64,000 bases of DNA from Octopus vulgaris (taxonomy: Eukaryota), in assembly GCA_951406725.2 (NCBI GenBank), contig OX597821.1:81654001-81718000 (forward strand), in the 5' to 3' direction. Below the pieces are notes generated by a model that searched no databases, had not been told where the DNA came from, and saw only the letters and a list, made by a program, of their open reading frames with translations. Below are positions 12,979 to 26,091 of this stretch, piece after piece. The position numbers and the translations under genes are program-made. How positions within the stretch are numbered: the stretch's first letter is position 1; each line of letters begins with the position of its first letter.

Positions 12979-13806
12979 CTACAATGGATTTAAGTTAAAA
13001 GACATATTATTAAAGATACCAGAATGTGAAAAGCAGGGATTGCATGAGAGAGACTGTAAAAGAAGATAAAGCATATGAAGAGTGTCAAAGACTGACGGCT
13101 AAATTTATTGCTTCATTTTCCACTTGGAATTAATTCACAGAACCTATGTATTATGTTGTGTTGTTACAGTCTTTGAAAGGTATGTCAAATTTCATGCTTC
13201 CAAAAACCAACAGCTAACTAAGGCACCATTTCCGAGACACACCACAACATCAATGTGGCTAATTACACAAGACCAATGAAGTTAATGCAAGGCACAAAGA
13301 TTTGTATTGAAAAGTCATCAAGTTCAGAGCCTACACTTTGGGAGATCAAATTTGCTCAATTCAATTCAGATACTAAATGCTGTACATTTTAATAAAATGC
13401 ACAAAATGTTCAACACTAAAACAATGAAATAGGAGAACTAAATTTTTGTTTCAATGATTCAGAAAGTTGTGAAATTTGTGACTGTAACTTGTGAATACAG
13501 TAATTTTATGGACCTTTTTACGATGGTGGTTTTCCATGCCCAAAGATAACATTGTCATAATCATTTAAGTTAGCATGTCTACACAATTTGATATCTTGGT
13601 TTTCTTAATTTAAGCATTACACATAGATTATTATGGCTGCAAACACTGTATAGATGGTACAGGATTGTTCACAGATTGATGTGAGTGAGGTGGTTTGGTT
13701 ATTTGCCGTTTGGTGGCTCATTTTTTGTCTATCAGAATGTATTTCGTAAATTTCCTGCTTACAGTTATAGAAAAATACATAAGATAAAAGAATGTTTATT
13801 ACTTAC

Positions 13807-13980
13807 TAGATTCCTGATGTAAACATAGGCTGCATTCCTTGGTAGACCTTAATAAATGGCCGACAGCCCCCTTTGCCATCAAAGTTGGGGACCCCATGGA
13901 TAAGGATGTGGTGAAGATATAGAGCTTCACTGTTGATGTTGATTGCACTGGATAGTAGACCAGTGAAATAATGAACATAC
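13807..13980 (-). CDS. TNS: Tensin exon, PTP/C2 junction ([58 protein letters not shown])
   Basis: Acceptor TCTCTTGCAG, donor TA|GTAAGT; 174 nt; resembles TNS1 YVHYFSGLL...[22 protein letters not shown]. Confidence 0.97.
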
Positions 13981-14016
13981 CTGCAAGAGAGAAAAACAAA
14001 CGTCAGAGCATTAACA

Positions 14017-14235
14017 TATTGGTTTCAAATTTTGGCACAAGGCCAGCAAGTTCAGGGGGAGGGGTAAGTTGCTTACATCAACCCCAGTGTTTAACTGGTA
14101 TGTATTCTATTGACCCTGAAAAGAAGAAAGACAAATTTGACCTTGGTGGAATTTGAACACCGAATGTAAAGACAGAAGAAACGCTGCTAAGCATTTTGCC
14201 CAGTGTGCTAATGATTCTGCCAGCTCACTGCCTTA
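14017..14235 (-). mobile_element. SINE family B, about 35 nt upstream of a tensin splice acceptor
   Basis: Family B core and head. Confidence 0.85.
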
Positions 14236-16088
14236 GAACATTAAAATATTGCTATCTATGCTAGTAAGGTAAAATACACACTGACTCTCACAATTAACTT
14301 TTTCCATTTGCTCAACCAAGCGTTTGGGACCAACATATAAAAACATCAAACAGAATAAAAACAAATGAGACTATACATGTCAGAAGAAAGTAACAAGTTG
14401 TCAAAATACCTTGATATATGGAGGAATAGATAACCCTCTACAAGTAGACACCTCATGGGAAGAAAATTACACAATATCAAACCCATTAAGAGATTGACTG
14501 CCCTCCCTTCTCAATACTTTAATCCAGTTGACTAAATGAATAGCAACAGATAGGAAACCTGGTTGATTCAATCTCAGTAGAGTTTGAAATCTGAACTAAA
14601 GCCATTGAACGTAAAATGTAGTAAATGTTAATTGTCTCCCTCACAAGGAGTCAACTTAACTGGAGAAAAAGGAGTCCATAATATGGAGACATTTGCAAGA
14701 TTTTAAACTCCATGGATGAATTTCGCATCCATAGAGTCAACTTATCCGTCACTCACTCTAAATAGTTTTGTTGAGGCAAAATGGTTATGTTGTTAAGTAA
14801 ATGGTTTTTAACAAGCCATCGACTGCTTCTTTAACTCAAAAGGCTTCTGCTGCTATTATTATAATGATGATGATGATTGTGGAGATGGCAGAAATGCTAC
14901 AGGCTTTGATAAACTCTCAAAATTATTTAGTTTTATCTCTGTATATTCTGAATTTAAATCCGACCAAAGACAACCTTTGTTTTTCATTCCTCTGGCTACT
15001 AAAATATAAACCAGTCATATACTGTGATCAATTCAACAGACTAAATGCTTATTCTTTTTGTATTACCATTATTATCATCATTAGTGCTATTATTTAGAGT
15101 CTCAGAATAAATAGATTGGATTGATGATGTATCAGGAAGCCTTATTTGTGTGATGTGTTTATTCCACGTAATGTGGTTCTGCTTTAAAATCCTATCAACT
15201 CTATTAATATATAAAATACCAATAAGACTATAGAAGATCAATACAAATGACAATACAGAGAAGGTAAAAAAACAAAGACAAACAAAAGCTTTACAATAGA
15301 TGCATTGTACTTAGGCAGAAAGTATTGCTATTGTTCAGGATTATTTTCCACTAATAATGGTATGCACATACATACATAAACACACACACACACGCATACA
15401 TACTTACATACATAATCTACACTAAGTATAAAGAATCAGTTGAAAATACCTGTGAATGCATGTGTGAATATGTGGTGTGTGTGTATAGGTATGCATACAT
15501 CATTATCATTTCATATTCTCTTTCCATAGACTAGTCATCATGGTTTGGACCAATCATCATGATCCAAGCTGTTTCTTATAGAAAGCCACTGTGCCTTACA
15601 ACTGTTTCCCATACATATCATTTGGCTAGATCTCTACAGCAGGATGCCCTCCCTAATACCAAACACCTTACAAAGTGTGTTGAGTGGAATTTTTTACAGC
15701 ACCAACACAAGAGGGGTTGAATAGACTTCAGTGAAACAGGATTAAAGCTAACCTTGCAATATTACACTTTCTTTTCTCTTTTCCTTTCTTGCAAGTTTGT
15801 TGAAAACCTCACTAGTTCTGGTGGCATGAATAAAAGTACCCAGTACACGGTAAAGTGGTTGCCATTAGAAAGGGTATCCAGATGTAGAAACTATGCCAAA
15901 GCTGACATTAGAGCATGGCATAGCCCTATGGTTTGTTGGATCCTGTCAAACTATGCCAGTATGGAAAATGAATTTAAATGGTGATGGTGGTAATGATGAT
16001 GAATGAAATATATGTATGTGTGTGTGTACACTCATACATACATTATATATAGCCTATATATATATATATACATATATATATATAGCCT

Positions 16089-16267
16089 GTGGCACGTAAA
16101 AAGCACCCACTACACTCACGGAGTGGTTGGCGTTAGGAAGGGCATCCAGCCGTAGAAACACTGCCAGATCAGACTGGGCCTGATGCAGCCTTCTGGCTTC
16201 ACAGACCCCAGTTGAACCGTCCAACCCATGCTAGCATGGAAAGTGGACGCTAAATGATGATGATGAT

Positions 16268-16268
<1 letters not shown>
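16089..16268 (+). mobile_element. RTE-like 3' tail fragment within (TA)n
   Basis: GGCACGTAAAAAGCACCCAC...AACCGTCCAACCCATGCTAGCATGG...TGATGATG. Confidence 0.8.
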
Positions 16269-16332
<64 letters not shown>

Positions 16333-17635
16333 TAGATAATATTATGTACACACATATATGTACATGCACATATTCATATGAGCAATACACACATTTTCTA
16401 ACTAGGAAAATGTTCACAGTGACTCCGAAGTTTTACTGGTTGTTGGCTTTGTCAGACAGTCAGAAAAAGTAAATGAGTAGCAAAAGAAATATGAGTCTCT
16501 ACTGAAATGCATTGAGTCGTCTTTCAATTAATCTTGGATTTTGTATTCAACTATACTTAAAAAAGAAAAATACGTACACACACAAACGTATGCACATACA
16601 ATAATAAACTAATGCTAAAATGAAGTGAATATTAAAAAAAAAAGGGAAGATTAAGAAATTTTAAATACTGTTTGTGTGAATAGGCGTGTATGTTTGTGAG
16701 GTTTGAATTATGGTAGGCTACGGTAATTTAATAAACCATAAAAGATATCAAGTTTATTCAACACTAATAGTTACAAGAACATTGACTGCAGCAGTACTTA
16801 TGACGTTTGTAGTAGCAGCAAAAGTAATTGTAGTAATTGTGGTAATAGTAGGAGTAATAGTATAATAGTAATTACTAGCACACACACACACACACATAAA
16901 CACAAAGATATATACATAAGGCTATATGATGTTTTTATTACTCTAACCTACAAACTGTATAAAGTTAGTGCTAAAGAGTTGTTATGCATTATCTCCCTTA
17001 ACAACTTTCCAGCTCTGAGAGAGGTCAGCAGGATTTAAACAGGTTACATTAGCTAGCATTCCCCTAATTCTATTTAACATGCACATATGCACACAAACAC
17101 ACAAGCACAACTATTATGCAATTACTAAGCATAGCTAGAAATTATGCATTTGCAAACGCAAGTGCAACGACATAGACACAAACACGCTCATTTTCTTCCC
17201 ACTCATGTTTTGCTATTTTTCTCCTGCATCAGACACCAACTCCACAGACAACCACATCAATGTCATCAGCCTCTGAGAAATTGAAAAGGTCAGAAGCCTT
17301 GCTCTCACTCCACACCTCTATCTTATTTTTAAAAAAAATTCTGGGCAAACCCATACACACAAAGTATATTACAACACAAAATACACTCACACTATTCTAC
17401 GCATCATAACAGACTGACATATTACTAATGTAATATATAAAACAATAGTTTCATCAATATACATACCACTACACAAATTCACACAGACAGACACATGTAT
17501 ACACAGACAATATTTAACTTAAAATTTACAGACTAATACTAAAATGAAGCGAAAGAAAACTAATGTACTCTTACAAACAACACACACACACACATATATA
17601 TACATAAACACACACACAAAAATGTATATATAAAT

Positions 17636-17992
17636 TCTTTTATTTGTTTCAGTCATTTAACTGTGACCATGCTGGAGCACCAACTTTAATTGAACAAATC
17701 AACCCCAGGACTTATTCTTTGTAAGCCTAGTACTTATTCTATTAGTCTCTTTTGCCAAACTGCTAAGTTACGAGGATGTAAACACACCAACATCGGTTGT
17801 GAAGCGTGCGGTGGGGGGGATAAACATATACATATACATATATACGATGGGCTTCTTTCAGTTTCCGTCTACTAAATCCACTTGCAAGGCTTTGTTCAGC
17901 CTGAGGCTATAGTATAAAACACTTGCCCAAGGTGCCACGCAGTAGGACTGAACCCAGAACCATGTGGTTGGTAAGCAAGCTACTTACCACAC
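17636..17992 (-). mobile_element. SINE family A
   Basis: Reverse complement of 4376-4772. Confidence 0.9.
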
Positions 17993-17996
17993 AAAC

Positions 17997-18030
<34 letters not shown>

Positions 18031-19042
18031 TAACAACCACTAAGCAGTGAGCCAAAGAGGGAACCTGTTTATAGTTGCTCAACATACTAGAAACGATACC
18101 CGAATCTCTCAAATCATGCCACACTGTCTTAGAAAAGAACATCTTGGAAACTGTGGTCCTGAAAAGACAGGATAGCCATGACTGGAATGCCTCTGATCAT
18201 AAATTAGCTCAATCTGGGATGAGCTGGAGTTAAATAACAACAGCAGCAACCACGGCCAGCAAAAAAAAACAAAAAAAAAAACAGCAGACAACCTAAAGTC
18301 CCATGGCCAATGACTTGACTGTCAGCACGGCTGGTAACAACAACTAAGCCAGCCTAAGTAGAATAGGATGTAGGTATTTTGTTGTCACACCCTGTCACCT
18401 ACATAACATAATTACAGTAAACGGACAAATACTCACACACATCTAAGCTTGAAATACAAAGTTAAATGCACTCTGTAAATGGAACACACACACACACAAA
18501 TATATACACACACACACAAATATATACATATACAGATATATATATATCAAAACACAGACACAACCGTTTAAAGCTGTCAAAAGCTGTAAAACTCAAAGTT
18601 AAGTAGATAATAATTTAGACACACACACACTGTACACCTATACAAATCAACATCTCCAAGTTATATTAAAATTGTTATCAATAAAAAAAAAAGAGATAAC
18701 TCAATTGCAAGTATAATCATTGATGGAACTTAATGGAACTGTAGGTCACAGCTTTATCCTAGGGCAACACACAATATTAACACTAGCAAACCAACTGGGG
18801 TACCATATATGAAAGTTAACATGCAGAGACTAGCATCCAATCTCGTGGGCAAATAGGACAGAGATGCAAGAAGAAAAAAAACAAAAAAATCAGGAATGCA
18901 AATCTCACTACTAATGCATTCTGTGTCGTTAGGTCCTTTATTCCATCTACCAAGGTATTTAGTTTCAACAGAAACATAAAAGACATTGAGCCCAGGAAAT
19001 GTATATACATATCCCAACAATGCAAATATGTAGCAACACTAA

Positions 19043-19478
19043 TAATGGTTTCTAATTTAGGCACAAGGCCAGCAATTTTGAAGGGCAGGTATAGCTGATT
19101 ACAGACCCCAGTACTTGACTGACCAATACTAGAGGGATAAAAGGCAAAGCTGACTTCAACAGATTTGAACTCAGAATATAGAACTTTAAATATTGCAGGG
19201 CATTTTTTGTCTGATGTTCTTACAATTTTGCCAGTTTGCCACTCTAATAACAATAATAATAATCCTTTCTAGTATAGGCACACAGCCTGAAATTTAGGAG
19301 GAGGGGGTAAGTCAATTATATCAACCCTAGTGCGTAACTGGTACTTATTTAATCGATCCCAAAAGGATGAAAAGCAAAGTCAACCTCGGCAGAATTTGAA
19401 CTCAGAATGTGTAGCAACGGGTGAAGTCCTGCTAAGCATTTCGCCCAGCGTGCTAACGGCCCTGCCAGCTCGTTGCCT
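19043..19478 (-). mobile_element. Two tandem SINE family B copies
   Basis: Core GGATGAAAGGCAAAGTCGAC-like and GAATTTGAACTCAGAA present twice. Confidence 0.85.
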
Positions 19479-19505
19479 TAACGACAATAATAATAATAAT
19501 AATAT

Positions 19506-19965
19506 TGTTTTGTCTTGGTATAAAAGATGGCCTACAGCCAGCAAATATTCTGCTCAATACCACAGATTTGCTTGTCAGTTGTTTGACCGTATCCAGTTGA
19601 GCATGTCCCTTAGTGGCTGACGATATATGCATCTCTGATCACGTGCAGAAGTAGTGGAGGAGCATCATAGCCGTGTGTTGTGAGGGATTCTTTGGGGTTT
19701 GGATAATTCACCTCTGGAAACATGGGTGTTTCGTTCAACATCCTTAAACAACCCTTATTCAGGGACCTTTTGAGCAGGATGGGTTACTCGACCAGAAGAA
19801 AATTCTAACTGGGCCCCACCTGCAAGGTCATGTGTTGTTTATCTTGATATGAGATCACCATGTCGCGCACATATGGTTGTAATGCATGTGCCTAGTGTAC
19901 CCTTATCAGATGAGTAGTCATGATGGGTATACTGGGCTTCATATATTTTACTCCAGTGTCACTGT
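19506..19965. mobile_element. Probable interspersed repeat fragment
   Basis: GC-richer block abutting an (AAT)n run; recognised from memory as an octopus repeat; single copy in this window. Confidence 0.45.
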
Positions 19966-20129
19966 AAGGGCCTTCTCCCAGCTAGGACACCTAGGACTAC
20001 AGGGAAATGCTGAGAACACACTAATCCTCTTGGGTCATTCTTGCCACTTTCAATGTGTATTTTTCTTCATTTTTTTTTTCAGTATTGGTAGCCTATTCTC
20101 TAACAGCACCAGCCTTGTAATATTCATCG

Positions 20130-20360
20130 GGTGGCAAGCTGGCAGAATCGTTAGCACGCTGGGCAAGATGCTTAGCGGTATTTTGTCTGCTGTTACATTC
20201 TGGGTTCAAATTCCACTGAGGTTGACTTTGTCTTTCATCCTTTCAGGGTCGATTAACTAAGTACCCGTTATGCACTGGAGTCAATGTAATTGACTTAATC
20301 CCTTTGTCTGTCCTTGTTTGTCCCCTCAATGTTTAGCCCCTTGTGGGCAATAAAGAAATT
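20130..20360 (+). mobile_element. SINE family B
   Basis: GCTGGCAGAATCGTTAGCACGC head, GGGTTCAAATTCC B box, CTTTCATCCTTTC.GGGTCGAT core. Confidence 0.88.
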
Positions 20361-21245
20361 AAATATTCATTTCGACTTTTGACACAAGGCCACAGCAATT
20401 TCGGTGGAATGGGTAAGTTGATTACATGAAGCCCAGTACCGAAAAGATGAATGGCAAAGTCAACCTCAGTAGAAATTGAACTCAGAACATAAAGATGGAC
20501 AGTGTGCTAATGATTCTGCTAGCTCCCACTTTATTACTAATGATAATATTAATATCTCACACTTGCAAAGGCTAGAAACTATTGATTAAGCTGATCTCAA
20601 TATTCAACTGATATATTATCAAAATCTTGCTATAATGTATGTCAACATACCAATTAGTTTACTAATGTTAAGCAACTATTTTTGCATAAATACAAACATT
20701 AATCTTATATTTGCACTAATTATACAAACAAGATTTGAAGAAGGAAAATCTAATGAACACAAAAGACATGAAAACCAACAAACACTACTGTGAAATTTCT
20801 ACCAGTGCCATGGTCTGTTGTAATTTGATGATGATGATGATGTACAGATACAATAGTTGCACTGCTAAATCTGTTTTTGTGGTTGCTGTTTAACCCCAGG
20901 CCAGCATTGAGTGAGTAGACCTATGGTGTTTCAGTCATAATCATCCTGCTTTTCAGGAATGTCTAGGGCTGTATTATTGAAGAAAGAGAGTGATTTCAGG
21001 GAGATTTAGCAATTATTTCTTGCAGGGCGTATGACCATGTAGAGGCTCCTTTGCTAGCCCGTGCAAATTGCTATTCTTATATTTTAATAGAGCTACCAAT
21101 GGTGCACTGATATTTCAGCAGATACCTATGGTGATCCACTATCCGGGTTTGTTGTTTCCAGAATGTCATGTGCAATAGAGAACAGTAATCCTAAAAAAAA
21201 CATCCAAGGATAAATGGAAGAAATAATAGAAATATGTTGTCTTAC

Positions 21246-21329
21246 CTTCTCTGTGATGGTTGTGGCAAACCACCAAGTTTGTCATCATAAAATCGCTTCA
21301 TAGCGAATCTATCAAGAGCTTGGTCTTTG
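21246..21329 (-). CDS. TNS: Tensin exon ([29 protein letters not shown])
   Basis: Poly-T acceptor ...TTTCAG, donor AAG|GTAAG; 84 nt; [13 protein letters not shown] is a tensin signature absent from PTEN. Confidence 0.97.
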
Positions 21330-21444
21330 CTGAAAAAAAAAAAAAAAAGGAAAATGATGAGTTACAATCAGAATGTGAAACCAACTCCTACATTCCAAGA
21401 TTGGCAAGCAAGAAGCAGGTAAGTAACAGGTATAGATACAGTTA

Positions 21445-21900
21445 CTTTCTTGAATCATACCGACTCATAAGGGCTGGTTTCCTGGTTTCACGGCATATAT
21501 ATATATTCCCCACCTGGATGCGACCCTGGTCCGTTGCAGGATTAATCATTTTTGCCAGCTGAGGGAACTGGAGCAACATGAAGTGAAGTGTTTTGCTCAA
21601 GAATACAATGCATTGCCCAGTCCAGAAATTGAAACCACAATCTTACGATCATGAGTCCAACACTCTAACCACTGCCACATGCCTCCACAGTAAATAAGTA
21701 AGTACTGCCTTGAATCCTAGAACTCATAAGGCGTATAAGTGACCGAAATCACAAGACTTTCCGTAAACAGGACACTGGCTTGTTGCAGGGTCACTCATTT
21801 ATGGCTAAGTGGACAAGATCTAAGTGAAATGAAGAGTTTTGCTTAAGAACTCAACACACCTCCTGGTCCAGGAATTGAAACCACAATCATGTGATCACGA
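21445..21900 (-). mobile_element. Two tRNA-derived SINE copies related to family C
   Basis: GAAGTGTTTTGCTCAAGAA..CAA..GGAATTGAAACCACAATC repeated; a further copy at about 25630-25832. Confidence 0.7.
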
Positions 21901-22115
21901 ATGCAAGAATAAAAAAGGGGAACAGCTACATTAAATATTACGCATGGAACTAAATGAGGTAATATTAAATATGAACTCACCTGAGATAAATAAAAGAAGT
22001 TACAGGTAAGAATGTATGTTCAGTTAAACGTGAAATGCCCCAAGAATAAATTTAACTTTTCTGTGGCAAACTTAGGAATACCCAGGTAAATTAACTAAAA
22101 TCATTAAATGTGATC

Positions 22116-22848
22116 CTAACTGTGGAAGAAACCTGCAGAAAAGGTAGACCCAGGAAGACAAGGGATGAGGTGAAGCATGACCTTCAAACATTGGGCCTCA
22201 TGGAGGCAATGACAGGAGACCAAGACCTTTGGAGATATGTTGTGATTGAGAAGACCTGGCTACTAAAGTGAGATTGCAGCCATGGCCGATGCCAGTGTTG
22301 CATGTCCAGCCCATTTAAAAGTACCCTTGATGCATTGGGCAATATAATATGCTCGAGAAGACCTTTTGAGTCAAGTAAAACCTGTATCATAGCTGTGGCC
22401 AGTGCTGCCTGGCTGGCTTCCATGCCGGAGGTACATAAAATGCACCATCTGAACGTGGCTGATGCTAGTGCTCCCTGACTAGCTCTTGTGCCAGTGGCAT
22501 GTAAAATGCACCAGCCAAACATAGCCGATGCCAGTGACCCATGACTAGTTCCCATGCCGGTGGCACATAAAATGCATCATCTGAACATGGTCGATGCTAG
22601 GTCCACCTGATTGGCTTCCTGTGAACATGGTTGATGCCAATGCCCCACCAACTGGCTCCCATGCTGGTGGCATGTAAAAAGCACCTACAACACTCTTGGA
22701 GTGGTTGGCATTAGGAAGGGTAACTAGCTGTAGAAACATTGCCAGATCAGACTGGAACCTGGTGCAGCCGCTGGCTTTCCAGACTTAAGTCAAACCGTCC
22801 AACCCATGCCAGCATGGAAAACGGATGTTAAACGAGGATGATGATGAT
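22116..22848 (+). mobile_element. 5'-truncated RTE-like LINE: ORF C-terminus plus 3' UTR
   Basis: 22116-22271 reads LTVEETCRKGRPRKTRDEVKHDLQTLGLMEAMTGDQDLWRYVVIEKTWLLK* (RTE-type GRPRKTW...DR..WR end), then tandem units and an (ATG)n tail. Confidence 0.85.
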
Positions 22849-23096
22849 CAGTTCCATTTACAGGTCTGCTAATCCTAGATTGAGTTTGGAACGATATCAA
22901 AACTATGTGCTGGAGCAATTTCAATAAAAGCAGGAATAGATAGTGCCAGCAATGACACCAAACTTACATACCAATAATTAGAACTAGTCTAAGTTACACC
23001 AAATATAATTCGAATCTACCTGGAATCGATATATCTTGGCCAAGTGTGATGGTAATGTATTTGGAACAGAGGTAAAAAAAGATAATTCCAAGTTAC

Positions 23097-23284
23097 CTGG
23101 AGCAGATGTTACAGTAGTTCATGTAAGCAGCAGTAACCACGGCAATTCTACCTTTGCCTCCTTTACAATGAATGACAACAATATGCTGAGGGTCAGAATT
23201 TAACCAAGAGTCAATAGATTTGCAAATGCTACATAATCGCTCCAGGGGTGGTGCCAGATGATCTGGCCAGCCGAAATCAACAAC
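23097..23284 (-). CDS. TNS: Tensin exon with WPD loop and P-loop ([62 protein letters not shown])
   Basis: Acceptor TTCTCTTTCAG, donor CAG|GTAACT; 188 nt; GWPD and CX5R motifs in tensin-type context. Confidence 0.97.
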
Positions 23285-23375
23285 CTGAAAGAGAAAAAGA
23301 AAAAATAATTGAAGTAAAATATTGATTTTTATAACAAGTGATGATGATGATGATATCACACAGAAAGAAGAAAGT

Positions 23376-23772
23376 TCTTTTACTCGTTTCAGTCATTTGA
23401 CTGTGGCCATGCTGGAGCACCGCCTTTAGTTGAGCAAATTGACCCCAGGACTTATTCTTTGGAAGCCTAGTACTTATTCTATCGATCTCTTTTGCCGAAC
23501 CACTAAGTTACGGGGACGTAAACACACCAGCATCGGTTGTCAAGCGATGTTGGGGGGGGGGGGGACAAACACAGATACACAAACATATACACACACACAT
23601 ACATATATACGATGGGCTTCTTTCAGTTTCCGTCTACCAAATTCACTCACAAGGTTTTGGTCTGCCTGAGGCTATAGTAGAAGACACTTGCCCAAGGTGC
23701 CACGCAGTGGGGCTGAACCCAGAACCATGTGGTTCATAACCAAGCTACATACCACACAGCCACTCCTACACC
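23376..23772 (-). mobile_element. SINE family A, full length, about 90 nt upstream of the catalytic exon acceptor
   Basis: Reverse complement of 4376-4772. Confidence 0.92.
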
Positions 23773-24416
23773 TATTTAAAAATTTATCACCCTATACCTA
23801 TCATGTCAACTTGTGTTACAATAGAATTTGCAAAAGATATTTCTACTCTCATATTTGTTGTTTAGGAACAGATCATCTCCGATTGAGAAGACCCATGATC
23901 AGAGAAATTCTAGCTGTAGTCATTTTGTATATCTAGGGATATACTTGTTTATGTGTTGCTTTTTGAAGGTGGCAGGGAGTGATGAGGGAGATTTTAGCAG
24001 CTATTTCTAGCAGACCGAGTAAATACATAGATATTCTTGCATTGAAGTAACGATCGCTGAAGTGATGTTTACTTCTTGGGGTATAAATAATGACACCACA
24101 ATTAGAGAGATTCATAACAGCTAACACATTGGCGGAAGGAGGAGGAGGAGAGCCCCTCTAACACAAAATGCTCAACTGACTGGTGATTTCTCAATTAGTC
24201 TGGTGGTTTCAGGACATTAAATATCTTCCGGGTAACAACCTTACAACAAGGCAAACATCCTACCTAAGCAAGAATTAGGCTATCACTGGTTTAATGTTAA
24301 ATGAATTGGGAAACACTACATTACAGCTGGATGAACTGATTACAAGAAAAGTCTTTTACAATGTAAAATGCTTCAGTTAATCTGATCACTAATCTTTCTT
24401 GGGTGAGAAATAAGAT

Positions 24417-24607
24417 TTAACTCCTTAGCATTTTACTTGATCCAAATATTCTTCCTGTTTTATTTTTGTTTAAACCAGCCAGAACTGGCCTTTTACACCC
24501 ACCATACAAAGTCATTTTAAAAATAAACAATCACATCACTGAAATCTCCAAGCTACAAAACAATAAGCATTACATTTGACAGAATTATCTGAATGCTAAA
24601 GAGTTAA
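24417..24607. mobile_element. TTAA-flanked MITE (piggyBac-like ends)
   Basis: TIRs TTAACTCCTTAGCATT ... AATGCTAAAGAGTTAA; related copies at 58233-58546 (inverted) and about 56520-56580 (one end). Confidence 0.75.
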
Positions 24608-24829
24608 ATGTTTGGAAAACGATTCCAAAGATTAGTTTGCTTTCATTTCTTATTAATTTCTTATAACATTTCAATGAATCTTTTGAAAACCTATTGGTTT
24701 ATGTACTGCTTGTTCCAGGTTTTATATCAAATGTTATACAGGTTTCCATAGCAATCTTCTATATAACATAAAAGACTGCAGGGTAAAAAAAAAAATAAAT
24801 AAACAAAGAAAACATGTAAAATCTTTTTT

Positions 24830-25300
24830 AAGAAAATTTCTCCAAAGATATGATATGACCTCTTTTAGATGCCTGATACTGTCTGTCTTTAAATCAGAAA
24901 GAAATGTTCAGTTGCCAATAAAGATATCAATGTAAATTTCTGCATCACCCTAATTCTAGCCATTCTACTGAAACTAGTTCCACCAACCATAACCAATTAT
25001 GTCACCTTATCTACCATTTCTAGCAGACCATCTGGGATTATCTATGGTCTTTCACTCATAGATTCTCGTTTATCAACCTTGCAGTGCAGTGTACCAAATT
25101 CCAATACATCTTTTGTATACAATCTTTGCATAGACCACCATATGGAGCTGAGCTTCTGTCTGCTCTCTTCTTTCAAACTGAGCAGAACCTCTTTCTTGAA
25201 GTTTCTGTGACTCCTCTTACCAGCCATTAATTTAGTCTTGGTTATAGTCTTCTGACTTATGCTGATTATTCTAAGCTCTAAACTTCAACTGTCCTATTAT
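24830..25300 (-). mobile_element. Highly decayed RTE-like LINE fragment
   Basis: Minus translation GLLEMVDKVT*LVMVGGTSFSRMARIRVMQKF parallels the better preserved fragment near 34300. Confidence 0.5.
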
Positions 25301-26091
25301 TCTGTTTGAAAAACAAGTGACAATACATATCAAAGGATGTGTTATAATACTATTCCATACAAACAAAAACAGCCCCTACCAACAACCCAGCATACCTCCA
25401 TCAACAGCTGCCCCACGGATATCATAATGGTTTCAACACCTGGGCAGTACCATTCAATCTGCCAGTGGTATCAACAGCACTAAAAGAAGTGTTCTTTGGG
25501 AACAAACATACCAAAGACAACTAATTCTTTGAACAACACTAATTGATTCTCTTCTAATCAAATGTTCTAGAAAGACTTTTAACTGGGAGTGCTAGCTTCT
25601 GAGGTCATGTTTAATGAAGTAAATGGTTAGTTTCTCAGTTTCTCAAGCGTTCCTCCCTGGATGCAACACCAGTTCATCACAAGGTTACTCATTTTACTAG
25701 CAGAGTGAACTGGAATAACAAGAAATGAAATGTTTTGCTCAAGAACACAATGCATATTCCGGTTCAGGTATCAAAATCATAACCTTGCAGTTATGAGTCA
25801 AACACCCCAACCACAAAGCCATGCACCTCCACTAATGAAGTAAATAGTGGAAGAATATTAAAAATTTTGAATAGAGTTAAGTGACCTCAAAGCAGTAATC
25901 TTAGTCATCTCTTCCTGCTTAACCTTGTAGTCTTGATTTATATTGATAATCTAGATGACTATCAATTCTATTGTTTTCTGTCTGAACAACTAATCTATCT
26001 TTCTAGAGGTAGACTTTGCTTCTATAACAAGAAAACAATTCGAATGTACTAAAATCAATTTTTTAAAGCAAGTTCATATTGATGATACATG

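Noticed and set aside
18303-18315. 13-mer TGGCCAATGACTT also present near 28166
   Set aside because: 13-bp matches are expected by chance in 64 kb and the similarity does not extend
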